DNA from: Welwitschia mirabilis
Taxonomy: Eukaryota
NCBI GenBank assembly: GCA_051453625.1
Contig: JBOZIK010000001.1
Coordinates: 8,002,596 to 8,051,278, forward strand
Reading direction: 5' to 3'
Length of the DNA: 48,683 nucleotides
The notes under the pieces are model-generated. The model was not told where the DNA came from. It saw only the letters and a list, made by a program, of their open reading frames with translations, and searched no databases. The position numbers were made by a program, and so were the translations under genes. Shown in pieces: positions 37,836-48,420 of the stretch (position 1 is its first letter; every line of letters begins with the position of its first letter).

Positions 37836-37850
37836 AGCCAAGTGGAAGAA
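37836..37850 (+). promoter_or_regulatory. Polypurine tract
   Basis: AGCCAAGTGGAAGAA immediately before the TGTAAG LTR start. Confidence 0.8.
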
Positions 37851-38495
37851 TGTAAGACTTAAATGTATTATTTGAGGAGCATGTGACTTATCTAAGGGGA
37901 TAATAAATAATTAATTAAACAATTAAGGACTAAAGCATAATCGAGTAAAAGAGAAGCAGTTTCTTAAAAGTAACTACTACTTGATGAGAAGCAGTTTTTT
38001 GAAATTAATTGCTACTTGATAAGAAGTAGTTTTAGAAAGTAAATACTACTTGATGGAAGTTAGCAGTACAAAGGGATAACTATAATAAATGTAAAATTAG
38101 GTTTTATTTCTAACATAAAGAGTNNNNNNNNNNNNNNNNNNNNNNNNNNNNNNNNNNNNNNNNNNNNNNNNNNNNNNNNNNNNNNNNNNNNNNNNNNNNN
38201 NNNNNNNNNNNNNNNNNNNNNNNAGTATTCTCTTCTCCCTTATCATCAATCATGCTAAAGAAATAGAAAGGCTATCAAGAAATAGAAATTAAATTTCTTA
38301 CTGTTCAAGCAAATAAAAAACACATTAAAAATTGTAATCAAGCTTCTGCAAGGGATAGAGGTAGGTATCATCTTCTCTTAATAATTGTTTATCAATGTTT
38401 GCAAAAATCATGAAATTTTAATATCCTTGAGATTGTAGTTTGAATGGCATAAGTTTCTTATATGATTTGAGGATCTTAGGAAACTATAATTGACA
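37851..38495 (+). repeat. 3' LTR (contains a 100-N gap)
   Basis: TG...CA termini (TGTAAG...TTGACA); colinear with the 5' LTR throughout. Confidence 0.92.
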
Positions 38496-38499
38496 TAGT

Positions 38500-40861
38500 C
38501 CGTATAGTGATGTCATATTTTAGAATACCCTCATCTTCTTCTATGCTTACGAAATTGACTTTGCAAAAGCCCTAAACTCCTTCAAACCACTACTCTTAGA
38601 AGGTTTCTAGCTAGACATTTTCACTCTTATAAGTCTTCTCAGTGCCTAGTATTATTCATCTTCTATGCATCCCTTGTAAATGAAATAGCAGCAAATGTAC
38701 CTGTGTCAATTCTATATGCCAAGTATTTGAGGAGAGTTCTAAGAGNNNNNNNNNNNNNNNNNNNNNNNNNNNNNNNNNNNNNNNNNNNNNNNNNNNNNNN
38801 NNNNNNNNNNNNNNNNNNNNNNNNNNNNNNNNNNNNNNNNNNNNNNNNNNNNNNNNNNNNNNNNNNNNNNNNNNNNNNNNNNNNNNNNNNNNNNNNNNNN
38901 NNNNNNNNNNNNNNNNNNNNNNNNNNNNNNNNNNNNNNNNNNNNNNNNNNNNNNNNNNNNNNNNNNNNNNNNNNNNNNNNNNNNNNNNNNNNNNNNNNNN
39001 NNNNNNNNNNNNNNNNNNNNNNNNNNNNNNNNNNNNNNNNNNNNNNNNNNNNNNNNNNNNNNNNNNNNNNNNNNNNNNNNNNNNNNNNNNNNNNNNNNNN
39101 NNNNNNNNNNNNNNNNNNNNNNNNNNNNNNNNNNNNNNNNNNNNNNNNNNNNNNNNNNNNNNNNNNNNNNNNNNNNNNNNNNNNNNNNNNNNNNNNNNNN
39201 NNNNNNNNNNNNNNNNNNNNNNNNNNNNNNNNNNNNNNNNNNNNNNNNNNNNNNNNNNNNNNNNNNNNNNNNNNNNNNNNNNNNNNNCACAGACAATATC
39301 TACTTATGGACCACATGCTAGTGCTCTAGGCTCATACTGTCTTCTTTTCTAGTGTAAATTCTAGCGAGATGGGTTCATCGATGGGTGCAATTATTAGATT
39401 GGTGTGTTAAATAATAAACAGATTAATACAATAAAAACAAGATTATCATTTTAGTCTTCTAGAGCAAATAAGTCTACTTGTGGGGGGAATAAAGACTTAC
39501 AAGTTTACTAAGAAAGTTGACCTAAACCTAATAAGACATTTTAAACTAAATATGTTATTATGTGCATCTAATATCCCAAGAGTTAATTTTACACCCAGCC
39601 TCACCAGGATAGGAGACTTGAAAGTTGATTCATTAACATTCCNNNNNNNNNNNNNNNNNNNNNNNNNNNNNNNNNNNNNNNNNNNNNNNNNNNNNNNNNN
39701 NNNNNNNNNNNNNNNNNNNNNNNNNNNNNNNNNNNNNNNNNNNNNNNNNNNNNNNNNNNNNNNNNNNNNNNNNNNNNNNNNNNNNNNNNNNNNNNNNNNN
39801 NNNNNNNNNNNNNNNNNNNNNNNNNNNNNNNNNNNNNNNNNNNNNNNNNNNNNNNNNNNNNNNNNNNNNNNNNNNNNNNNNNNNNNNNNNNNNNNNNNNN
39901 NNNNNNNNNNNNNNNNNNNNNNNNNNNNNNNNNNNNNNNNNNNNNNNNNNNNNNNNNNNNNNNNNNNNNNNNNNNNNNNNNNNNNNNNNNNNNNNNNNNN
40001 NNNNNNNNNNNNNNNNNNNNNNNNNNNNNNNNNNNNNNNNNNNNNNNNNNNNNNNNNNNNNNNNNNNNNNNNNNNNNNNNNNNNNNNNNNNNNNNNNNNN
40101 NNNNNNNNNNNNNNNNNNNNNNNNNNNNNNNNNNNNNNNNNNNNNNNNNNNNNNNNNNNNNNNNNNNNNNNNNNNNNNNNNNNNNNNNNNNNNNNNNNNN
40201 NNNNNNNNNNNNNNNNNNNNNNNNNNNNNNNNNNNNNNNNNNNNNNNNNNNNNNNNNNNNNNNNNNNNNNNNNNNNNNNNNNNNNNNNNNNNNNNNNNNN
40301 NNNNNNNNNNNNNNNNNNNNNNNNNNNNNNNNNNNNNNNNNNNNNNNNNNNNNNNNNNNNNNNNNNNNNNNNNNNNNNNNNNNNNNNNNNNNNNNNNNNN
40401 NNNNNNNNNNNNNNNNNNNNNNNNNNNNNNNNNNNNNNNNNNNNNNNNNNNNNNNNNNNNNNNNNNNNNNNNNNNNNNNNNNNNNNNNNNNNNNNNNNNN
40501 NNNNNNNNNNNNNNNNNNNNNNNNNNNNNNNNNNNNNNNNNNNNNNNNNNNNNNNNNNNNNNNNNNNNNNNNNNNNNNNNNNNNNNNNNNNNNNNNNNNN
40601 NNNNNNNNNNNNNNNNNNNNNNNNNNNNNNNNNNNNNAGACCCAAAGGATCTATTGAATAATGAAAATGATCATGTCATGAAATATAAAGATAGATTCAA
40701 TAAAGCAGTCAACAACCAGTGGAGGTAATAAGAAAAAATCAAAGATATTTCTTATAAAATCAAAGAGATTTATTATAGTGATATTGAATTTTTTCTTATA
40801 GGTTCTATAATAGCACAAAAAAGTAAAACATGTTCTTATCTTCAAGGATTCCTAGATTACA
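38500..40861 (-). mobile_element. Possible minus-strand Tat-like gypsy fragment (LTR ~39391-40861 plus PBS and leader), mostly in gaps
   Basis: The minus strand reads TGTAATC at 40861 and TTGCACCCATCGATGAAC at ~39389-39372, loosely resembling the TGGCGCCCACCG-type PBS. No coding motif was confirmed. Confidence 0.25.
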
Positions 40862-40899
40862 TGATTTGCATGTTTGCTATTCTCTAGACATGCTATTCC

Positions 40900-43060
40900 A
40901 TCTTTCACTTTTAATTTTGAGATGACGTGAACTTAATTGAACTTTGCTGATAAGCTTATGCATCTTCATTAGGAGTTTTGCTATGAGATAGTGAACTGAT
41001 GACTCAAATTGACTATGGCATATATGCTTAAAATAAAATTTCCTCTTTCCTTGTACATTTGTTTGTACTCTTATTAGGACATGCTACTTGATGAAACTAT
41101 GAATCTTAATGGAATTGATTTGAACATTATCCCAAGAAATATTCCACTTTTTTATCCATTGCATTTCCTAAAAATACCATCCTTTCTTTTTTTTAGCTTT
41201 AAAAACTATTCTTGAAAAGTTTAGTTGCTCTACTTTCATTAATTTTAAAGTGTAAGCACAAAACTAACACATGGCTTTAGCTTTAATGGACAAAATATCA
41301 CATTCTAACAGTATCATAAGATACAGTGTTTAAATCTTTACCTTAAGTTCATCTAGTAAGAACAATTTTTATACTCTCTTAATATCTTTTTAGTTTCTTT
41401 CATTGATAAATGGCCCTCTTATTAGGCAATCATACAAAATAGTTAAATACATGATTGATTGAAAAACTTATTTATGAACTTGTTAATATCAAATGCCAGT
41501 TAACTACATTTATTTTTATAGCATAGAAAGCTTTAATTCCACCTGCTATTCTCTCTTTAATGCATTTGTCCCATCTATAGTTATCAGAGTAACGAACACC
41601 TAAGTATCGAAAAGATTTTATTATTTCAATTTTCTCACATTGACTTTAATATCAAAGGGGGTGCTTAGTGCCCCNNNNNNNNNNNNNNNNNNNNNNNNNN
41701 NNNNNNNNNNNNNNNNNNNNNNNNNNNNNNNNNNNNNNNNNNNNNNNNNNNNNNNNNNNNNNNNNNNNNNNNNNACCTGCTATTCTCTCTTTAATGCATT
41801 TGTTCCGTCTATAGTTATTAGAGTAATAAATAACTAAGTATCAAAAAACTTATAATATTTTAATTTTCTTCCCATTGAATTTAAAATCAAATTGGGTGTT
41901 TTTTGTATTCCAAATCATCAATTTAGTTTTTTGGGTGTTTACTATTAAAATAGAGGATTCACAAAAATTTTTCAATTTTTGAAGCATGTTTTTATACATG
42001 TTTCCAAAGTAGAAATCAATGCTACACCATCTACATGAAGAAGCAAATGGAATGCCAATGATTCTATCATGACAACATAGTAATTATGTTCTTTATAGAG
42101 CTAATCTTGTAACTCATCAAAGAAGAGATTAAAGAGTGTTGGAAAGAGAGAACATCCCTACTTTACTCCTATTATAGAGCAAAATTATAAACATCTTTGT
42201 CAATCAACATCTTTTATTTCAATTATAATCTTTTCATATAATCTTTGAATAGCAGTAATAAGATCAAGAGGAATTCTAATATGATTGAACTGCATCCATA
42301 ATTTGATATGATTCATTGAGTCATAAGCTTCAAAAAGATTAATATAATAGATAAAAAATTTTTTGTTTAGATTTTTATCAAAATCTATACAATGCATTAG
42401 CGCAAGTAAATGATTAATACTAGAATGATGTTGGTGAAAACCTACTTAGCAAATCGTTATAATATTCTTTGCTTTTGCCTAATTGGTAATCTTATATTTA
42501 AGAACTGTGCTAAAAATATTTACTAAAACATTACTTACTACTATCATTCTATAATTATTTATATCATTCTTATATCCTTTCTTGAATAGATAAATTATCT
42601 TGCTTAGTACCCATTCCCGATTCAATTCATTTGTCACTAAAAACTTTAATCTATTTCATTCCACTTAATTAGCTCCTCTTACAAACTGATTAAATCCATA
42701 ACCTTTTCATTAGCTAATCCATTAATGCCAGCTAAAACTTCTTCAAAGATAAATTATAAGTATTTTAATAGTTAGTGATAAAGCTTTCCTCATTTACATC
42801 AAAAAAATATTTTGTAAAACTTAGATATTACACAAAAAGAGAAATTTATAGTTAAGAATTCTTGACACTATAAAGAATTTTAACTTCTTAGGATTTTTTT
42901 TTTATCATGCAAATGAAATGTTCTTGTTCATCTTTGATAACTATGTCTTTTTTACTTCTAACAAGGCTTTTGTATCTTTTCTTATTACTTTCCTTTGATC
43001 TCTATCCTCACATCTATGCATTCATCATCAAATTAAAAATTTTAAATGCATTGAATTTTT
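40900..43060 (-). mobile_element. Degenerate non-LTR retrotransposon (LINE) ORF2 reverse transcriptase
   Basis: Minus strand motifs in order: NNYRMIVVSNVLVNIFSTVL ~42560; *VGFHQHHSSINHLLAL ~42449 (QAGFR..HST.DH); INLFEAYDSM (VDF.KAFD); IGVK*GCSLFPTLFNLFFD ~42172 (GV.QGCPLSP.LF); LLLHVD ~42045 (LL.ADD); VNTQKTKLM; SFRYLGV ~41610. Confidence 0.88.
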
Positions 43061-43594
43061 NNNNNNNNNNNNNNNNNNNNNNNNNNNNNNNNNNNNNNNN
43101 NNNNNNNNNNNNNNNNNNNNNNNNNNNNNNNNNNNNNNNNNNNNNNNNNNNNNNNNNNNNAGGGTAGAAACCCTAACCCTAACTTCTAGAACTTTCTAGA
43201 TGACCCCATTTAACTTTCCTTTTTCTTTTTAATATTAAAACAAGAAAAGGGACTATATAAAAAAAATATAAAGTCACACTATAAAGGAATAAATAACATC
43301 AACAGATTTGGCTTCACTTCCAACACACTCATCATTATATCTTAACTATGGTTTTAATTTTACGATTCAACGTTGATTGCTAAAAGCCACGTGCCATGTA
43401 AATATGTTGATTTAGATGTTCTTATCAGCATATTAAAGAGACAAATGGTGTCCAGTAATATCTCACATATCTCAAATTAGAGGGAAAATGATTTTTTAAC
43501 GCTTTTCAAAAACAACTTTTTTTTTGGTTGACTTTTTGGCTGACTAGTCTCTGACTCTAAGTCCCAACTTTTTTTTTGTTAAGATTGTCTACTT

Positions 43595-43748
43595 TGTAAT
43601 CACTATGATAGATCAAGGTATCAGTGCCTAAACAGCTTTGACGGTGGAGAAGTTACCTTTGGAGATCACCGTAAGGCTAAGATAGAGGGCATAGGTAACA
43701 TTGAAGGACATAACATTCCTAGGATTAATGAAATGCATGTTAATGGTT
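43595..43748 (+). pseudogene. Isolated copia (SIRE-like) protease-region fragment
   Basis: CLNSFDGGEVTFGDHRKAKIEGIGNIEGHNIPRINEMHVNG resembles L...DGG.VTFGD..KGKI.G.G.I.....I..V..V.G. Confidence 0.7.
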
Positions 43749-43749
43749 T

Positions 43750-44560
43750 TGCTGAACTTCCCTCCTTTGCTGCCCACCTCCCTTTTCTTTTGAGTATTTC
43801 TCCTAGTTCTCTAACCTTAGAAAGGAGATGCAATGTTGTTCTTCGCACCCCTTTGTAGGTATCTGCATATGGGAAGCCATCCTCTTTCTGGTTTTCATCA
43901 TTGTTCTCTTCCCACCTAGCCAATTACCTCTACCTCACACTCAGGCTCTTTTGATTCCTACCTCAAGTGGGGAACCATCTCTCGAATCTCCCAAGTAACA
44001 AAAGTCAATACTCTCGTGTTGGCATTTTCAACGTCCATGATAACCTCCCTCACTTTTCATTCAGCTCCTATGCTCTATTGTGCCTCTTTCGAGATGGACA
44101 ACTTCACACTCAACCACTTTTGCATAAGCAACCTTCAAATCATTTTTTTAGTCCTTCCTTACCATTGGCTTGCTCCAATTTAAACCCTTTTTTACTACTC
44201 TATCAGGGGTTTCACTAAGAGTTCTTCTTTGGTTGTGAAGCAATTACCCCTTCTAGTTTCTCTCCAAAGTTAATGAAGAGGCATAGGGATTAGGCTTATT
44301 TATATTCATGTTCCCCACATTACAAGAGGTTATCGCTTTTTTGATTGTTGGGTACTATTAATTCAATTCTATTTTCTTTTAAAGCTCTAAAATGTTGTTG
44401 CAAGGCATGTTAAAATGATTGAGGAGAAACTTGCACCAATTACCTCTCCTCATTCAGCAAAAGAAGCAAAGGAAGCCCTCTTCAGTACTAGGAACAGACC
44501 ACTTTCTAATGCAACATCCTCTAGTTTATGAGGTGAGTCACCTATAGCACTAGGAGGAGA
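43750..44560 (-). mobile_element. Possible retroelement gag / LINE ORF1-like remnant
   Basis: The minus strand is purine-rich with a decayed Zn-knuckle-like LL*CGEHEYK*A at ~44330-44295, preceded by SPQSF*HALQ. Weak evidence. Confidence 0.3.
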
Positions 44561-44595
44561 CCTGACATACAGAATCTCTTTTATTGCCCTTATTA

Positions 44596-44700
44596 GATCC
44601 AGTACAAGTGTCCCTTAAGGAACCCTAGAGATCTATTACAAGTTCTCCCTTAAGGAATCCTAGAACAAGTGCAACCACATATCCCTTAAGGTTCTTCTAG
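44596..44700 (+). repeat. Three ~35-bp-spaced copies of TCCCTTAAGG...CTAG
   Basis: tcccttaagg at 44611, 44646 and 44682, each followed by CTAG within 10 nt. Confidence 0.8.
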
Positions 44701-46788
44701 ACTTTGTCTCCCTTCTCCTTTACCATTTGTTTTGTTTATTACTTTTAGTTAGGTTTTAAGGTAAGCTTTTGCACCAACAGGGCTCTACCCTAAGTCTTGA
44801 CCAGTCTATGCCAAGTGGGTCTCTTTAGGTGCTAGTGTTCCAACCATCATCCAACACAAGTTTGGGTTTCCTTACCCCCAAAAATAAACCATGTTGCCTT
44901 TCCAAGCCTAGGAAAGGCATTTTACATCAACAAAAGTGTTGAAGCTGCGAGAGACATATAAGGAGTTGTAACCACCACAACTAGTTGGCCAAATATATTC
45001 TACAGATACAAACTATGGCTCCTTCAATTCCATATGGCAATATAAAACTTGTATAAGTGAAGCACAGAGGAGTGTATGCGATCGGTCTACCAAATTTTGT
45101 TACACAAGTTGTATCTACTTGGCTTTCATGTTATCATATGAAACATTTCTGTAGATTAGGTATGATGTCCATCTAATGATAGCAAGATGGACCATGGTAT
45201 CATGGTCCCTGGTTTCATATGCATGATGTGAAACATAACATGTGTCCCAATATCACATCCCTTACATGCTTTCTTATTTTCACCTCTATGTCATGAAATT
45301 GTTATTTGGGCTATAAAGGTTGCTGAAGTGTAGACCATTAAGGGCACACCATATCATAAGTAGTACAATCATTCTACTATAGATTTTCTAATAGATTTTT
45401 TTCTTCATTTTATCTTCTAAAAAATTAGTAGGTAGTATAATTATTAGTCCATTATCATTATTGGACTTAATTATCTTTATGAAATATAAAATGATTATAT
45501 TCTGAAAAGCTTGAGATAACTATCAAGGCATGACTTATAATAGATTAAGACATATCATTTGAGTGATAATTTAAAGATCAAATCAAGAACATTAAATATC
45601 TAAAAACTATTCAGTATATACATTGACATATCTATATATAAGTTTGTGATAGTCTTCATTTGGCACAGTTTTTGTCTCAAGCTAAGTTAAGCTAAGAAAA
45701 TCAAAATTAAATTCAACTTTGCCTTCGACAAAATTTAGACCATCTATATCAAATTCTCTCGTCTTTGTATCAAGTTAGAATCCCTTGTTCAAGATCATGT
45801 AGAAGTTCTATTTGTCCCTTTTTAAAAGCATGCTAGAAGATTTTAATGAGATGCCTTTCAAGAATGATAGATGGTGACGTGACAAATGACAACGACAGTG
45901 CATGAGGATGAAATGTGACAATGAGGATTGTTGATAAAATGTTGACAGATTCCAATAAATTAATTTGGTTGATACTAATAACCAAGACGTTAAATTGATG
46001 ATGCTAAAGGACGGTGCGAAAGCTACTAAAGAAGAAAATGATGAAATTGTTTAGGATGACAATTGTTGAGGATGATGAAGTTGCTAAAGATGATGAAAAC
46101 AAGGTTGGCTCATTGATATTAGGGCATCTGGCTAAACATTGAGCAAGATGTTGATAGCACTTACTATTGCTAAAGATGCTTGTTAACTAGACTAAAGACT
46201 ATTGGATCAACTGACAAATAATTCAACATGTCAAGAACTATGAATGATTAACGACCTTAATTGATTGTAGTAGTTGCAAAATTAGTTGGGGCAGAAGAAA
46301 CTACCCATAGATATTATAGCACAAAGAATTGAAGAAGACATGATGTTCTAGTGACAAGAAAGAAGAAGATTTCACCCCATTAGTATTGAACGAAGTGAAT
46401 GATTGTGTACTAGAGTTGATGAGGCTAAAAGATGTTCAATCAAATGATTAAAATGATGATATTGATGATAATAACACTAGTTTGCATTGTGGGTTTAGTG
46501 ATCCATTGGCAATGATGATAATTACTATGCAGCCAAGATCTGGATGATTGATAAGGATGAGGCTACCTAATGGTAGTCTAGTCTCTTTCACATAAGGAGA
46601 CTATAGATGATGATATGGATGAGCTTCTCATCATCTTTGCTTTCCATATTGATATGAATGAACTTCAAGTCTACTCAATCGTCCATTTCTTAAATTGGTC
46701 TAATTGAAACTAAAATCAAATCATTTAGATGCAATTGTAGCCTCTTCCATCCCTCTATATTCCTATTCCTAAATGTCACATTTATAAA

Positions 46789-47420
46789 TGTTAAGAAATG
46801 ATAGCAAAATGAAAAGTTCAAACTAAAAAAACAAAAGATTCACATGGTAAAACCCTCAAAACCTGAGTGAAACATCGATAGGAAAGAAGTGTATAGCTCT
46901 TATTAGAAAAACAAGCTTACAAACAAGTCAAAAGCGGCTTCAAGCTTTAGCTCTCGACCTCTCTTAAGGAATCACTCCTCAAGCCAAATGTTGCCAAAAT
47001 CACTTAATATCCCCACACAACCTCTTAAAGTGATTAAATAGATGTAGGTCTGAGACTTCTAAAACACTTTAGACCTATTCCCTTTAATTACAAGGATCAA
47101 TTAACGCTCGCAAACCTTTAAAAGACTATGCTCAAGCACAAGATGACTGTATTAAAAATATCACCTTTTACAGTAGCATTTAATTTTTTAACTAAAGGGG
47201 TTATCAANNNNNNNNNNNNNNNNNNNNNNNNNNNNNNNNNNNNNNNNNNNNNNNNNNNNNNNNNNNNNNNNNNNNNNNNNNNNNNNNNNNNNNNNNNNNN
47301 NNNNNNNGGATCAATTAACGCTCGCAACCCTTTAAAAGACTACGCTCAAGCACAAGATTACTGTATTAAAAATATCACCTTTTACAGTAATATTTAATTT
47401 TTAAACTAAAGGGGTTATCC
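46789..47420 (-). mobile_element. Solo LTR with ATAAA target-site duplication (length inflated by a 100-N gap and a 114-bp overlap)
   Basis: Starts TGTTAA and ends TTATCA (47206 copy) or TTATCC (47420 copy). ATAAA lies at both 46784-46788 and 47421-47425. ttcacatggtaaaaccctc and attaaatag resemble reverse-oriented copia LTR motifs. Confidence 0.65.
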
Positions 47421-48015
47421 ATAAAACATAACATTACAAATGGAATGAATTTGGCTTCACAATACAATAAGAAGATCAAAGTGTAGCTTGTCAAAAATCA
47501 GAATTATTGTTTCATCCATAAATAGATTCATTTTGCTATTTTCATATCCCAATCTTCACTCCAATGTCTCTTTTTACGTAGGGTTATTCACTTGTCAAGT
47601 TTGCAACCTGAGTTGACAAGTTTATAAAAGCCTTCAAGCATCCTAACTGTTGGGTATGCTATATGCACTCTCCATGCCCAGCCTAACAATGGGGTTTATT
47701 TGTGGGTTTTAGCTTCCACCATAATCAAGGTTCTTGGTGTGATTGTAATGGACCAAACAATTGGTCTCAGAACTAGAGTTTGGGCTTGATCACGGGTGTG
47801 TATCTCCCTGGTATCTGCCCGCTTCATGGGAGCATCTAGCATCTGGATCAATAGGGAGATTGTTCGGTATGCACTCCACAACAAGTGTGTTCATTAGTAA
47901 GTTTCAATTTTCACCATAATCATGGCTTTAGGCGTGATGGGCATAGGCCCAATGCTAACATTACCTTTCATTTATCTATTTTCCTTTTAACACCACCTTT
48001 TACTTTGCAAAACTC

Positions 48016-48420
48016 CATTGTTTCATTTGGCGGTGACTAAACGCCGTCTGGGCGCTTAGTCGCCCTGCTTTTTTTGCACTGACTTTTATTGAGTCGGCGC
48101 AACTTTTAGCAACGACTACCTCCAACTAATCGTGCCTGCAAGAAGCGGGGACATAGCGCATTCAACAGTTGTTTTCTCTCCCGAAAGTCTCCCCCTTCAG
48201 TCGCAAATGCAGGATAAAACCAGTAAAAATTATCGAGCGCGTTTCTAGCAGGTTCTTTCTTTCTTGCAAGCTCTTTCTGGCAACGAGTCACGACAGCAAG
48301 GCACCGCAGCGAAGCAACGAGGCACTGCAGCGAGGCAACGAGGCAATCAGGTAGCGTAGACATTGAAGACGGACAAAGTGAGATATAACAGGAACAGGCT
48401 CGGTAATCTTTCATCCTCTT
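48016..48420 (+). promoter_or_regulatory. CpG-rich island with two hairpins: promoter/5' UTR exon of a gene, or 5' end of a hAT-like DNA transposon
   Basis: About 26 CpG in 48029-48403, against near absence elsewhere. Pyrimidine patch at ~48171. Candidate splice donors CAG|GTAG (48350) and TCG|GTAATC (48403), followed by pyrimidine-rich sequence. Confidence 0.45.
48299..48345 (+). repeat. 21-bp tandem repeat, 2.2 copies
   Basis: aggcaccgcagcgaagcaacg aggcactgcagcgaggcaacg aggca. Confidence 0.9.

Larger units (their letters stand above)
29661..38495 (+). mobile_element. Near-complete degenerate Ty1/copia element, probably Bianca lineage (5' end lies in the gap 29433-29660)
   Basis: LTR pair 29661-30293 / 37851-38495, PBS TGGTATCAAAG, PPT CCAAGTGGAAGAA, and gag-PR-INT-RT-RH in copia order with many stops. 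The lineage call rests on remembered motifs (DLDLAL..WERSNR; KKG.TRS) and is less certain than the copia call. Confidence 0.93.

Noticed and set aside
4592..40661. Long ORFs in the ORF track (e.g. 8921-9721, 12266-13348, 22230-23162, 39480-40661)
   Set aside because: They are almost entirely X residues from N gaps and are not evidence of genes.
43161..43500. Telobox AAACCCTAACCCTAA, G-box CCACGTG and MITE-like sequence
   Set aside because: These are short motifs next to a gap, with no verifiable TIR pair, TSD or downstream gene.
45189..45208. Inverted repeat GGACCATG-gtat-CATGGTCC
   Set aside because: A single 8-bp stem is expected by chance in a window of this size and has no supporting context.
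45850..46760. GAT/GAC-rich coding-like stretch and a minus-strand SIWKAKM gag-like word
   Set aside because: Frames are riddled with stops and one short motif is insufficient. It is probably TE-derived but unassignable.
48032..48075. Hairpin plus T-run as a rho-independent terminator
   Set aside because: The context is eukaryotic nuclear DNA with no upstream gene. It is kept only as a structural observation.
48106..48414. 102-aa minus-strand ORF and overlapping 61-aa plus-strand ORF
   Set aside because: No recognisable domain. The open frames are explained by local GC richness and the 21-bp repeat.
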